From Candidatus Binatia bacterium (GTDB lineage: Bacteria > Desulfobacterota > Binatia > UBA1149 > JAJCZL01): a stretch of DNA of 64,000 bases. The stretch is from positions 8,533-72,532 of the forward strand of contig JANQEO010000157.1 in NCBI GenBank assembly GCA_028278325.1, read 5' to 3'. The notes beneath the pieces were generated by a model, which saw nothing but the letters and a program-made list of their open reading frames with translations, did no database searches and was not told the DNA's origin. Below, in pieces: positions 10,254-20,506 of this stretch. The first letter of the stretch is position 1. Each line of letters starts with the position of its first letter. The translations under genes and the position numbers were made by a program.

Positions 10254-10897
10254 TACTTGCCGTCGAACGCCTTGATGATACGAGCCGCACCCTCACTGCC
10301 CAGACGGCCGGTCCGTGAGCGCTCCGACACTATAATTGAGACGAATTTCTCGACAGCGTGTTCGAGATCGTCGTTGACTATCACGTAGTCGTAGGCCGAC
10401 AGCTGGGCGATTTCCCGGCGGGCGTTGGCCAATCTCTCCTCGACGGTGTCGTGGCTGTCGCTGGCACGGCCGGTCAGACGGGCCTGGAGCGCCTGGCCTG
10501 ACGGCGGCAAGAGGAAGATCGAAACCGCCTGAGGATAGGAATCTTTGAGCTGCAGCGCGCCCTGCACGTCGATGTCGAGGAGTACATCGCTCCCGCGTTC
10601 GAGGATCTCTTCGATGTCGGCCTTGGAAGTCCCGTAAAGGTTGCTGTGCACGTTGGCGTGTTCCGCGAATTCCCCTGCGACGACCATCTCCTCGAACCGT
10701 GCGCGGTCCACGAAACGGTAGTCCACGCCGTCACGCTCTCCCGAGCGCGGCTTCCTGGTCGTTGTCGAAACCGACAGTTCGATACCGTCGAGCTTCTCCA
10801 GCGCCGGGCGGCTGACGCTGGTCTTACCCGCCCCCGAGGGACCGGACACTATGAAGAGGCCCGGCCGTGTGGCTATGTCGTCTGAGCCCACCCTCAT
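10253..10897 (-). CDS. gmk: Guanylate kinase
   Basis: SGPSGAGKT, TTRKPRSGE-DGVDY, YGT, DIDVQGA. Confidence 0.96.
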   Translation of the reverse strand: MRVGSDDIATRPGLFIVSGPSGAGKTSVSRPALEKLDGIELSVSTTTRKPRSGERDGVDYRFVDRARFEEMVVAGEFAEHANVHSNLYGTSKADIEEILERGSDVLLDIDVQGALQLKDSYPQAVSIFLLPPSGQALQARLTGRASDSHDTVEERLANARREIAQLSAYDYVIVNDDLEHAVEKFVSIIVSERSRTGRLGSEGAARIIKAFDGK

Positions 10898-10900
10898 CCG

Positions 10901-11773
10901 TTACTCGACGTTCTGGATCTGCTCTCGCAGCTTCTCCATCTCGGTCTTGCCCTCGATGACCAGCTCAGTGACGCCTATGTCGGAGGCTTTGGAAGCGATC
11001 GTGTTGAGCTCACGTGACACTTCCTGCAACAGAAAATCGAAGCGCTTGCCTACCGGGCCGCCGGACCTCACCAACTTCGCGAGCCCGGAGAGATGAGACT
11101 CCAGCCTGACCAACTCCTCTGTCACATCACAACGGTCAACTAGGATAGCAACCTCTTGCGCAACCCGTGCCGGATCGATGGCGTCGCTGCCCAATAACTT
11201 GTTGACGCGGTTGTTCAATCGCTGCTGCAGCCTGGGGGTGACCGTGCGCGACTTGGTCTTGAGGCGCCTGACCAGCCCCTTGAGCTTGCCCAGACGCGCC
11301 TGAATATCGCGCTTGAGGTGAGCGCCCTCTCGCTTGCGCTCGGCCGTGTGGGCGCGGAGTGCCCTGTCGAGGAGCCTGTCGAGAAGCGAACCCTCCGCTT
11401 TCAGGTCACAGCTCGGCTCCACGGACCTGAATATGTCCGTGCGCCCCTGAAACAGAGACAAGTCGAGATCTCCCTTGAGACGGAGATCGCGCTTGAGCTT
11501 CTTCCACGCGCTCATGTAGGCCTTGGCAACCTCCGGCTGCAATTCGACCCCCGCCCCTCGCGATTGCGCGGCCCTTCCCACGTAGACGTCGACGCGGCCT
11601 CGTGAAACCGACCGGCCTATGCGACGCCGCAGTTCGGCCTCGCGAGCCGCATACTCTCGGGGGCCGTTGATCTTTATGTCGAGGTGACGTTGATTGACCG
11701 AGCGAACTTCGACGGCGAGTGAGGTTCCCGCGATCTGCCCGCTAGCGGCTCCGTAGCCCGTCATGCTTCTCAT
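10901..11773 (-). CDS. yicC: YicC/YloC family endoribonuclease
   Basis: MRSMTGYG, RSVNQR, EELVRL, GKRFDFLLQE..RELNT, EKLREQIQNVE. Confidence 0.93.
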   Translation of the reverse strand: MRSMTGYGAASGQIAGTSLAVEVRSVNQRHLDIKINGPREYAAREAELRRRIGRSVSRGRVDVYVGRAAQSRGAGVELQPEVAKAYMSAWKKLKRDLRLKGDLDLSLFQGRTDIFRSVEPSCDLKAEGSLLDRLLDRALRAHTAERKREGAHLKRDIQARLGKLKGLVRRLKTKSRTVTPRLQQRLNNRVNKLLGSDAIDPARVAQEVAILVDRCDVTEELVRLESHLSGLAKLVRSGGPVGKRFDFLLQEVSRELNTIASKASDIGVTELVIEGKTEMEKLREQIQNVE

Positions 11774-11785
11774 GCCAGGGTTATC

Positions 11786-12517
11786 TTAACGTTGGTAGCC
11801 GTTTTCAAGCCAACGTCGGTCCGCATCGCTTACCGGCGCACCAGAGGCCTCACCGAGCTTGTTCATGGAGCGCCAGAACCGATCCAATCCGCGGCGCGCG
11901 AGCCTTGGGCTGGGCTGGCCGCGGAGAACGGCTTTGTCGAAATCTATGATGCTCACCGACCCTCCCTCATCGACCAGTAAATTGTCTCCCGTCAGGTCCA
12001 CATGGTAAACGCAGGCATCATGGATGCTCCTGATGGCCGCACCTGCATCCTCCAACAGCCGCTTGCGATCATCCGATGCCGCCTCGCAGTAGACCTCGAT
12101 GAAAGCCCTGGTGTTCTCGAGGGCCTCGGTCGCGATCCAACCTCTGTAGAACGGCCCCGTATCCTCGACACACACGGCGGCCACGGTCGGAACGGGACAT
12201 CCGGCCGAACGGGCCACCTCGGTGACCACCAACTCGTGGATGGGCCTAGGTGGTCTGAGGAGAAAAAGATCTCGGTTGAAGTGGCGGGCGAACCCGCCCC
12301 TCAAGTACTGTCTCACGAAGACATTGGTGCCCCCGGAAAGGGTAACCTTGGTCGTCGAACCCCTGCCCCAGGTCTGGTCGCCGGCGGGCTCGTGCCGACG
12401 CTCCCCGGTGAGAAGATCGACCATCTCCTGAAGACGCATCCTTGTCGCCACGACGTGAAACGAGCCGCAGTCGCTGCTGACGTAGCCCTGGGGCAGATCG
12501 ATCCTCAAGGCCGGCAA
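11786..12517 (-). CDS. Kdo kinase / LPS kinase (Kdo/WaaP family)
   Basis: GRG..., RQYLRGG, H-DL-x-x-NLL, IIDFD kinase-like motifs as in KdkA; located in the lipid A operon. Confidence 0.8.
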   Translation of the reverse strand: MPALRIDLPQGYVSSDCGSFHVVATRMRLQEMVDLLTGERRHEPAGDQTWGRGSTTKVTLSGGTNVFVRQYLRGGFARHFNRDLFLLRPPRPIHELVVTEVARSAGCPVPTVAAVCVEDTGPFYRGWIATEALENTRAFIEVYCEAASDDRKRLLEDAGAAIRSIHDACVYHVDLTGDNLLVDEGGSVSIIDFDKAVLRGQPSPRLARRGLDRFWRSMNKLGEASGAPVSDADRRWLENGYQR

Positions 12518-12554
12518 CTCCCCGCCGGCGCTCGACTCGCCAGACCGAACACGG

Positions 12555-13499
12555 TCATACCAGCGTCGAGCGCAGCCAGTCGGCCTCCCTGGTCAATCCT
12601 TCGCGGATATCCACCGTAGGCGAATAGCCGAGCATGGATCGTGCCTTCGACGTATCGGCACTGGTGTGTCTGACGTCTCCCTTCTGCGTTTCGCTGCGGA
12701 CAATGTCGGCGTTCTTGCCCAAAATCTCACCGATCGTGTCGAGCACGACGTTCACGGTCGTACGGGTACCGCCTCCGAGATTGAAAACTTCCCCGGCTAT
12801 GTCGCTCTCCGCCGCCGCGATGTTGGCTGCCACGATGTCGTCAACGAAGGTGAAATCGCGAGATTGCTCGCCGTCACCAAAAACCTTGATCGGCTTTTCT
12901 TCGAGCACCGACCTGATGAAGCGATGAAACGCCATGTCGGGACGTTGGCGGGGTCCGTAGACGGTGAAATACCGTAGTGAGACGGTGGGCAGGGAATAGT
13001 TCTTCCAGTACAGCCAGGTCAGGTGCTCGGCGGCAAGCTTGGTCACGCCGTAAGGAGACACCGGCTTGGGGATGCTGCCCTCGCGCATGGGAAGATCGTC
13101 CGTATCGCCGTAGATCGACGAGGAGGAAGCGTAGACGAACTTCTTCAAGGACGGTGATCCAACACAGGCCTCCAGCAGGCGCTGAGTGGCGAACACGTTG
13201 TTGTCGCTGTAGATGCGGAACTCGTCCCCCCAGCTCGTCCTGACGCCGGCCTGGGCCGCCTGGTGAAAGACGTAGTCGACGCCGGCGAGATACTCGCCTA
13301 GGGCAACGTCGATGAGGCTGGCTTCCACGAACTCGAAACGATCGCTGCCTCGCAGGGCGGCAATGTTGCCCTCCTTGACGCCGCGTGGGTAGAAATCCAG
13401 AAAGCAGTCGAGGCCGACGACCTCATGCCCGCTGCTGATCAGCTTTTCGCAGAGCGTAGAGCCGATGAAGCCCGCCGCCCCGGTAACCAATGCCCTCAC
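12555..13499 (-). CDS. NAD-dependent nucleotide-sugar epimerase/dehydratase (UDP-glucuronate/UDP-glucose 4-epimerase-like)
   Basis: TGAAGFIG, AAQAGVR, SSSSIYG, YGVTK, RYFTVYGPRQRPDMA. Confidence 0.9.
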   Translation of the reverse strand: MRALVTGAAGFIGSTLCEKLISSGHEVVGLDCFLDFYPRGVKEGNIAALRGSDRFEFVEASLIDVALGEYLAGVDYVFHQAAQAGVRTSWGDEFRIYSDNNVFATQRLLEACVGSPSLKKFVYASSSSIYGDTDDLPMREGSIPKPVSPYGVTKLAAEHLTWLYWKNYSLPTVSLRYFTVYGPRQRPDMAFHRFIRSVLEEKPIKVFGDGEQSRDFTFVDDIVAANIAAAESDIAGEVFNLGGGTRTTVNVVLDTIGEILGKNADIVRSETQKGDVRHTSADTSKARSMLGYSPTVDIREGLTREADWLRSTLV

Positions 13500-14621
13500 C
13501 TACACTCCTCGACTCGTTGCACCCCGACAGGGTTTGCGATGATGCTGCCGCAGGTCCTCGCGGTCAAGCCTTCCCACCCGATCGCGCCGGTCGCGCAGCC
13601 TCTCTATCACCTCTGACAACACGGGTTCGACCGTCTCGGCGTCGATGCCGATCCGCACGGCCCTCAGCCTGACACCGGAAGTATCGAAGCGATCCAGCCG
13701 CACGATGTCTTTCTCCGTCGTGACGACGAAGTCGGCGTCCTTGCCCAGCAGGGCTATGCGCCGCCAATCCTCGTCCGAGTAGGCGTGGTGGTCGGGGAAC
13801 CCGAGAGCGCGATGCAGGATTGCCCCCTCTCTCTCCAAGGTTTCGAAAAACTGAGCGGGATCAGCGATGCCCGCCACTGCGACCACCCGCTTGCCTTCGA
13901 GCATCGACAAGGGCTCGACGGGCGATGCCAGGTCCGAACTTTCCACCAAGCCGAGCGCCACGCGGCCGAGGGGACCGGCCACGATGTCGGCACGCTCGAG
14001 CGCACGCCGGCTCTCTCTCAACGGGCCGGCAGGCAGCATGGCGGCCGAGCCCTCGTTGCCGCGCAGCACGACGATGTCGACATCACGCGCCAAGCTCAGG
14101 TGCTGGAAACCGTCGTCGAGAAGAATCACGTCGGGACGGTAGCGCTGCTCGGCAAGCACGCACCCGGCATGCCTCCGCCGAGCGGCCACGACAGGTCTAT
14201 GGGTGCGCATCGCCATCAGCACGGCCTCGTCGCCGCAGCGGCCGACGAGATCGGCCGCACGCCTGTTGGCGCCTTCTGTCGGCCCGTCATCGCCCGAGTC
14301 ACCCCCGAGGTACACGGCGACAGGCTCCCTCGTGTCGGCGCCGTAGCCTCGTGTGACTATGACCGTTCGTAGGCCGAGGTCAGCGAGCCGGGAGGTCAAC
14401 CAAATGACCAAGGGGGTCTTGCCGCTGCCGCCCACCACGATGTTGCCGACACTCACTACCGGCGTGTCGACGGACGACACATGCAGACTTCCGGTCGAAT
14501 ACAAGCGAGCCCTGACGGCTACCACCAATCGGAACAGCCATGAAAAAGGAGCAAGGACCGCTCGGGCCGCGACCGCGGCGGCTGACTTCGATTCCCAGAC
14601 CCGGACTACGAGCTCGCGCAT
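13500..14621 (-). CDS. lpxK: Tetraacyldisaccharide 4'-kinase
   Basis: SVGNIVVGGSGKTP, RGYG, GDE, LDDGFQH, FPDHH, TTEKD. Confidence 0.94.
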   Translation of the reverse strand: MRELVVRVWESKSAAAVAARAVLAPFSWLFRLVVAVRARLYSTGSLHVSSVDTPVVSVGNIVVGGSGKTPLVIWLTSRLADLGLRTVIVTRGYGADTREPVAVYLGGDSGDDGPTEGANRRAADLVGRCGDEAVLMAMRTHRPVVAARRRHAGCVLAEQRYRPDVILLDDGFQHLSLARDVDIVVLRGNEGSAAMLPAGPLRESRRALERADIVAGPLGRVALGLVESSDLASPVEPLSMLEGKRVVAVAGIADPAQFFETLEREGAILHRALGFPDHHAYSDEDWRRIALLGKDADFVVTTEKDIVRLDRFDTSGVRLRAVRIGIDAETVEPVLSEVIERLRDRRDRVGRLDREDLRQHHRKPCRGATSRGV

Positions 14622-15910
14622 CAGCGTGACCTCAACAACGGCTCCAGCCGAGCGGCCGTGTCGCGCAGCGCTCCACTATGACCGGATATGAGTTCCCTGC
14701 CCCTGCGGCCTTCCTCCGATGCCGCGTCGGCCTCACCGATCCAGTGGTCGAATACCTTCGCCAGCCCTTCCGCGTCGTCGACTATCTTTAGAGCGCCGGC
14801 TTGGGCCAACTCCTCGGCTTGAGCGGCAACATTGGTGAGGCTCGGTCCGCTCGCCATCGGCAGAGCAAAGATCGCGGGCTCGAGAAGATTGTGACCGCCC
14901 ACCTCCACAAGGCTGCCGCCGACAAAGGCGCCCCTCGCCGTCCTCATGAAGCCCCGCAACTCCCCGACCGTGTCCACGACCAGAACCTGCCAATCCTTGC
15001 GTCCGTTGAGACTCGACCAACGCTCGACCTCGAAACCACGCCCGGATGCCAGTCCGGCTACGTCATCACTACGTTCCGGATGGCGGGGGGCCAGCACGAG
15101 GCGAAGCTGCGGAACCCGCGCCATGACGCTGGAAAAAGCATCCAACACCACCTCGTCCTCACCGCTGTGGGTCGATGCAGCGAGCAAGGTCGGCGAACCG
15201 CCGCAGATCGGCTCGAGCAGGTCGGTTGTGGCGGCAGCCTCGTCGACCGAGAGACCATCGTACTTGAGATCGCCGACCACGAAGGTTCGGCCGGCATCCG
15301 CGCCCAGTTCTATCAAGCGCTGCCGTGACTGCGCGTCGCGCGCGCAGACCAGAGCCACGGTGTCGAGCACGATGGCCATGAGGGGACGAATCCGGCGATA
15401 GGACCGCAAGGAACGATCCGAGATGCGAGCGTTGACCATCACGGCCGGAATCCGGCGGCCGGCTGCCTCCAACAGTAGATTGGGCCAGATCTCGGTCTCT
15501 ACCAGGATCAGCAGACGGGGCTCGAGGACATCCAGAAGTGGCTTCAAGATCCACGGGCTATCTAGTGGAAGATAAAAGACTTTATCGGCCTCACTAGCGA
15601 GAGCTACTCGCCGTCCGGTGGGCGTGTTGCAGGTCAGCAGGATGCATACGGACGGATCGGACTGCTTGAGGGACTTGATTACCGCGGAGGCCAGCGCGAC
15701 CTCTCCGACTGAGGCCGCATGAATCCACACGGGCGAGCGCGCAGCAGTTCCCTCGATGCCCCGCCAACGGCCCAACCTATCAGAGTGAAGGGGCTCGCGG
15801 GCCGCGCTCAGCAGTCCGAGTGACCAAGCCGCTGCGTAACCGCGGGTGACCAGCCATGCGAAAGCGCGGTAGAGCGCCAAGAAGACGGAGGAAGCCAACG
15901 GCCTGGGCAC
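14621..15910 (-). CDS. waaA: Kdo transferase
   Basis: WIHAASVGE, ETEIWPN, NARIS, ASTH, PRHPER, GGHNLLEPA; start inferred. Confidence 0.94.
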   Translation of the reverse strand: MPRPLASSVFLALYRAFAWLVTRGYAAAWSLGLLSAAREPLHSDRLGRWRGIEGTAARSPVWIHAASVGEVALASAVIKSLKQSDPSVCILLTCNTPTGRRVALASEADKVFYLPLDSPWILKPLLDVLEPRLLILVETEIWPNLLLEAAGRRIPAVMVNARISDRSLRSYRRIRPLMAIVLDTVALVCARDAQSRQRLIELGADAGRTFVVGDLKYDGLSVDEAAATTDLLEPICGGSPTLLAASTHSGEDEVVLDAFSSVMARVPQLRLVLAPRHPERSDDVAGLASGRGFEVERWSSLNGRKDWQVLVVDTVGELRGFMRTARGAFVGGSLVEVGGHNLLEPAIFALPMASGPSLTNVAAQAEELAQAGALKIVDDAEGLAKVFDHWIGEADAASEEGRRGRELISGHSGALRDTAARLEPLLRSR

Positions 15911-15938
15911 GCGCTCGTCTCGGGCCTGGGTCGGACGG

Positions 15939-16661
15939 TCAGTAGTCTTCGGGCTCGCGACCGGCAATCGAATCAGCCTCCCTACACGCCTGCGAAAGCC
16001 GCCGCTCGAGCTCCAGGCGCAGCGCTTCACGTTCCTGCTTGCTCGGCTTGGCAGTGCCGACACGCAAAGCCTCGCCGGCCACCATGACGACCCTTGCGCC
16101 GAAACGCGGCAGCATCAACCGATCCCAACTTCGAAACCGCCGGCATTTGCTGGCACTGAGGGCCAGCGGGAACAGCGGTGCGCCCGTGTGTACGGCCAGA
16201 TCCACGGCTCCTCGTTTCGCTACCCCGGCAGGCCCTCTCGGGCCGTCGGCGACGAGCGCAATATCGTTACCACGCTTGAAGGCGTGCACCAGCCCCAAGA
16301 TACCGCCCACCGCGCCACGCGAACTCGAGCCCCCGGTAGTGTGAAACCCGAACCGCCTCAGCGCCTGGGACACCGCCATACCGTCCCGGTGCGTGCTGTT
16401 CATGATGTAGGCGCCCGGGCCCGCATAGAAGTACACGGCCATCGGGGCGCGGCCGTGCCACAATGCCAATACCACCGGCTCGCGATTCCGCCAGCAGCGC
16501 TCAAGCTCCTCTGAGTGGTGCGACTCCGTCCTCACGGTCATCCCGATCAGCCTCAGGGCGGACCACATCACAAAGCCCTTCAGCCATATCTCGAGAGCGC
16601 TGTACCAGGCGTAGCGGCGCAGGCCGCGGGCCTGGCGAGGAACATCAGGCGGATTGCTCAC
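15939..16661 (-). CDS. DUF374 family lysophospholipid/lipid A acyltransferase (LpxJ-like)
   Basis: WHG, S-H-RDG, GSSSRG, DGPRGP, WDRLMLP motifs; between msbA and waaA; start uncertain. Confidence 0.82.
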   Translation of the reverse strand: MSNPPDVPRQARGLRRYAWYSALEIWLKGFVMWSALRLIGMTVRTESHHSEELERCWRNREPVVLALWHGRAPMAVYFYAGPGAYIMNSTHRDGMAVSQALRRFGFHTTGGSSSRGAVGGILGLVHAFKRGNDIALVADGPRGPAGVAKRGAVDLAVHTGAPLFPLALSASKCRRFRSWDRLMLPRFGARVVMVAGEALRVGTAKPSKQEREALRLELERRLSQACREADSIAGREPEDY

Positions 16662-18402
16662 GGGCGATGGTATGCTCGTCGTCGAACTGCATGTCGTAGA
16701 AGCGACGATACAGCTTTCCGCTCTGGAAGAGCTTTTCATGTGTCCCGAGCTCGACGATGCGCCCGTCGTCGACCACCGCAATCTTGTCGGCGTTACGCAC
16801 GGTGGACAGACGATGAGCAATGACGAGAGCCGTACGCCCCTCCATCAGCCGGCCCAAGGCCGCCTGCACCAGTTGCTCGGACTTGGAGTCGAGCGCACTC
16901 GTGGCTTCGTCGAGTATGAGAATGGGAGCATCTTTGAGAAGCGCCCGAGCGATTGCCAGGCGCTGACGTTCGCCGCCCGAGAGCTGCACACCCATCTCGC
17001 CGATCTTGGTGTCATAGCCGTCGGGTAATTGAACGATGAAGTCGTGAGCGTTGGCGGCCTTGGCCGCCTCGACGATGTCCTCGTCGCTGCGGTTTATCTC
17101 TCCGTACCCGATGTTGTTCCTGACGGTATCGTTGAACAGGAAGGTCTGCTGAGTCACTACCGCAATGAGGCTTCGCAACGACGACAACTCGATGTCCTTG
17201 ACGTCAATACCGTCGATGCGGATCGAGCCGGAATCGGCCTCGTAGAACCTGGGTATCAGATCCGCCAGAGTGCTCTTGCCGCCGCCGCTAGCACCCACCA
17301 AGGCCACGACCTCGCCGCAGCGCACCTCCAGACTGACGTCGCTGAGAACGTTCTCTGTGCCGTAGGCGAAACTGACGTGCTCGATCTCGATTTTGTCGTG
17401 GAAGCCGTCGATGGTGGCCGCCCCAGGGCGTCCGGACGGTTCGCTCTCGGCATCCAAGATGTCGAAGACCCTCGAAGCGGCTCCCATGCCGGCTTGAATG
17501 GTGTTGTTGGCTTTGACGATCTTCTTGAAGGGGTCGTAGAGCAGCATCAGCGCGGTGAAGAAGGCTGCCATGCCGCTCGTCGTCCTCTCGCCTCCCATCA
17601 GCGAAGCCGAGCCGTACCACACCACCCCCGCGATTCCGCAGGCAGAGGTGAACTCCATCATGGGGCCGGTGAAGGACTTGATCTTGGCGGCACGCAGATG
17701 CAGGCGCAGCACGCGCTCGTTCTCGGAGCGGAAGCGTTCATCCTCGTAGCGTTCCATGCCGAACGCCTTCACCACGCGCGCACCCTGTATCGTTTCCTGC
17801 ACCAAGACCGACAAACCGCCGAGAGTATCGAGTCCGCGACGGCTCAGCCTCCTCATCTTCCTCGATAACTTTTGTAGGGGCAGGACTACGACGGGGAAGA
17901 TGATGGAGAACAAGGCGGCGAGGACCGGGTCGAGATAGAACGCCACGGCAGTGAGCACCAAGAGAGTAGTGGCATCCCTGACTATCGCGGCGCCACCGTC
18001 GGTCAGGGCCTGACGAACCAACAGCACATCGGTCGTGATCCGAGACAAGATGTTGCCCGTCTGCGCCCTGTCGAAGTAGGACAGCGGCATGCTCAGAACC
18101 TTTCTGTCCAGATCCGCCCTCAGGTCCAGAACGATGCGCTGGCCCACCCACTCGCTCAGATACGACTGGCCGTAGTTGACGATGCCGCGTAGGCCGAACA
18201 CGCCGATGATGAACAACGGCTGCATGTTCAGGCCCTCGATGTCACCTGCCTGGAAACGCTCGAACAGTCCCTTGACTATGTAGGGAACAGCCCCCGACGT
18301 GGCGCTGTAGAGCACCATGCACACCAGCGCTCCGATGAAATGAGGCCACAGATACGGCGTGAGGTAGGCGAAGATCCTACGTTCCGCGACGCCGATCTTC
18401 AC
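16645..18402 (-). CDS. msbA: Lipid A export ABC transporter permease/ATPase
   Basis: TM domain plus GASGGGKST, LSGGERQR, LDEATSALD, AHRLST; downstream of lpxB. Confidence 0.92.
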   Translation of the reverse strand: MKIGVAERRIFAYLTPYLWPHFIGALVCMVLYSATSGAVPYIVKGLFERFQAGDIEGLNMQPLFIIGVFGLRGIVNYGQSYLSEWVGQRIVLDLRADLDRKVLSMPLSYFDRAQTGNILSRITTDVLLVRQALTDGGAAIVRDATTLLVLTAVAFYLDPVLAALFSIIFPVVVLPLQKLSRKMRRLSRRGLDTLGGLSVLVQETIQGARVVKAFGMERYEDERFRSENERVLRLHLRAAKIKSFTGPMMEFTSACGIAGVVWYGSASLMGGERTTSGMAAFFTALMLLYDPFKKIVKANNTIQAGMGAASRVFDILDAESEPSGRPGAATIDGFHDKIEIEHVSFAYGTENVLSDVSLEVRCGEVVALVGASGGGKSTLADLIPRFYEADSGSIRIDGIDVKDIELSSLRSLIAVVTQQTFLFNDTVRNNIGYGEINRSDEDIVEAAKAANAHDFIVQLPDGYDTKIGEMGVQLSGGERQRLAIARALLKDAPILILDEATSALDSKSEQLVQAALGRLMEGRTALVIAHRLSTVRNADKIAVVDDGRIVELGTHEKLFQSGKLYRRFYDMQFDDEHTIAREQSA

Positions 18403-19526
18403 GCCATCATCTCCACGGCAAGCCTGGCTGCCCGGTCGGCGGCACCCGGCAAGACCAGCGAGCTTCTGATGCCCGCCAGTTCTTCTTTGGTACGGCGCCG
18501 GTGCGCCTCGTCGTCCAGATAACGGGACACTTCCTCGGCGATCCCGTCGGCGCTGGCCTGAGCCTGAACGAGTTCAGGCACGACTTGACGGTCGAGGATG
18601 ATGTTGGGCATAGCGATAAACGGCACCTTCACCAGGGCCCGCGCCAAGAGATACGACATTCGGGACATTCGGTAGACGACCACCATCGGCAGCCCCATAA
18701 GAGCGCATTCGACGGTGACCGTGCCTGATGTCACGACGGCCACGTCCCCCGCAGACATCAAATTATAGGTATCGCCGGCGATTATGGCGACCTCGAGGCC
18801 TGAAGCGGCCACATAGTCCTCCACCAGGTCGGCGGGGATCCCCGGAGCGCGAGCCAGCGCAACCGTCGCACGACCCTTCAACATGGCGGCACCCTCGAGC
18901 ATTACCGGCAGCATGCTGTGAACTTCCTTACGGCGGCTGCCCGGCATCAACACGAGCAAAGGACGGTCCTGGGGGATGCGATGACGCTCTCTCGTCTCAC
19001 TCGGTTCACGGGAGGCGGCAACATCTTCGGCAAGCGGATGGCCGACGAAATGCGTCTCCAGTCCCCCGCTCTCGTAGAGACCCTGCTCGAATGGAAACAA
19101 CACGACCATTCGATCGACCCTCTGGCAGATCTTGCGAATGCGGCCGCGTCGCCAAGCCCATACTTGAGGGCTGACGTAGTAGAAGACCTTGACGCCGGCC
19201 TTGCGGGCCTTTCGAGCCAGGATGAGGTTGAACTCGGGAAAATCCACGAGAATGAGCAGGTCCGGACGGTTCGGCGACTCGAGATCGTTAACGAGCGTGC
19301 GGTAGCAGCGCCATGCCTGCCGGAAGCCACCGACGGCTTCGGAGAAACCCATGACCGACAGCGAAGCGGCGTCGAAGATCGTCTCGACCCCGGCGGCGCG
19401 CATTTGCTCCCCGCCCACTCCGTAGAACGTCAGGTCGCTACGCTGCTCGCGCATCGCCTTTACCAGGCGGCTCGCTTGGGCGTCACCCGAGGCTTCACCC
19501 GCAACGATCAGAACACGCTCGCCCAC
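18399..19526 (-). CDS. lpxB: Lipid-A-disaccharide synthase
   Basis: AGEASGD, DFPEFN, YVSPQVWAWR, FPFE, GHP, PGSR, SGT. Confidence 0.96.
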   Translation of the reverse strand: MGERVLIVAGEASGDAQASRLVKAMREQRSDLTFYGVGGEQMRAAGVETIFDAASLSVMGFSEAVGGFRQAWRCYRTLVNDLESPNRPDLLILVDFPEFNLILARKARKAGVKVFYYVSPQVWAWRRGRIRKICQRVDRMVVLFPFEQGLYESGGLETHFVGHPLAEDVAASREPSETRERHRIPQDRPLLVLMPGSRRKEVHSMLPVMLEGAAMLKGRATVALARAPGIPADLVEDYVAASGLEVAIIAGDTYNLMSAGDVAVVTSGTVTVECALMGLPMVVVYRMSRMSYLLARALVKVPFIAMPNIILDRQVVPELVQAQASADGIAEEVSRYLDDEAHRRRTKEELAGIRSSLVLPGAADRAARLAVEMMA

Positions 19527-19534
19527 GGCCGCGC

Positions 19535-20506
19535 TCAGCCGTGGAACTCGGGTTCGGGCATGGACGCCAGAACGCGATCCGCCATGTCCAGCGCGCGAAG
19601 CCCCTCGGCGGCACCCACCAAAGGCCGTCCCCCTTCGCGCACACATCTGACGAACTCCGCTATCTCGCGGTTGAGCGGATCACCCCCTGCGAACTCGCGT
19701 TGGCTGACCTCGATGGCCGCCATGGGGTTGTCAGGCGCGACAGCGGCCTTGTCCGGGTCACGCGTGGCGATCACCGCCTGACCACCGTCGAAGTCGAACG
19801 ACACGTAGGCGCTAGGCTCGAAGATGCGCAGCTTACGTTCGCGCTTGAGTGAGACCCTGCTAGCCGTGACGTTGGCCACGCAGCCCCCCGCGAAGCGCAA
19901 GCGAGCGTTGGCTATGTCGGGCCGTTCGCTGAGCACCGGCACCCCGATGGCCTCGACCGCTTCGAGTTCGTCGCCGACGAGGAAGTCGATGAGGTCGAGG
20001 TCGTGGATCATCACATCATGCACCACGCTCGCATCCGTGCCGCGCCCTGCGAACGGTGAGAGGCGGTGACATTCGATGAAACGAGGATTGGTGACGCGTT
20101 CGTGGACTTCTTCGAACACGGGATTGAAGCGCTCGAGATGTCCGACCTGCAGCACGATCCCCGCTTCGGCGGCTGCATCCGCCAGGCTCCTCGCCTCCGC
20201 ACTGGAGGCCGCCAGCGGCTTTTCCATCAGAGCGTGCACTCCGGCCCTTGCGGCCGCCAACCCGGACTCGAGATGAGCGGCCGTCGGCACCGCGATGCTT
20301 ACGGCTTCGACTGACTCCAATAGCTCGTCGCAGGATTCGAAGGCTCGGCAGCCTGATGCCTCGGCGACCTCGCGTGCCCGGTCCGTGTCCGTGTCGTAGA
20401 CGCCGACCAGATCAGCCGTGTCGAGCCCCGCGTACTTGGAAGCGTGCAGGGCGCCGAGGTAACCGACGCCGACAACGCCGACAGGTGTTCTACGTCCAGG
20501 AGACAT
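19535..20506 (-). CDS. Gfo/Idh/MocA oxidoreductase, GnnA-like UDP-GlcNAc 3-dehydrogenase
   Basis: GVGYLG, EKPLA, GHLERFNP, DVMIHDLD, TASRVS; position between lpxA/lpxI and lpxB is typical of gnnA. Confidence 0.8.
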   Translation of the reverse strand: MSPGRRTPVGVVGVGYLGALHASKYAGLDTADLVGVYDTDTDRAREVAEASGCRAFESCDELLESVEAVSIAVPTAAHLESGLAAARAGVHALMEKPLAASSAEARSLADAAAEAGIVLQVGHLERFNPVFEEVHERVTNPRFIECHRLSPFAGRGTDASVVHDVMIHDLDLIDFLVGDELEAVEAIGVPVLSERPDIANARLRFAGGCVANVTASRVSLKRERKLRIFEPSAYVSFDFDGGQAVIATRDPDKAAVAPDNPMAAIEVSQREFAGGDPLNREIAEFVRCVREGGRPLVGAAEGLRALDMADRVLASMPEPEFHG

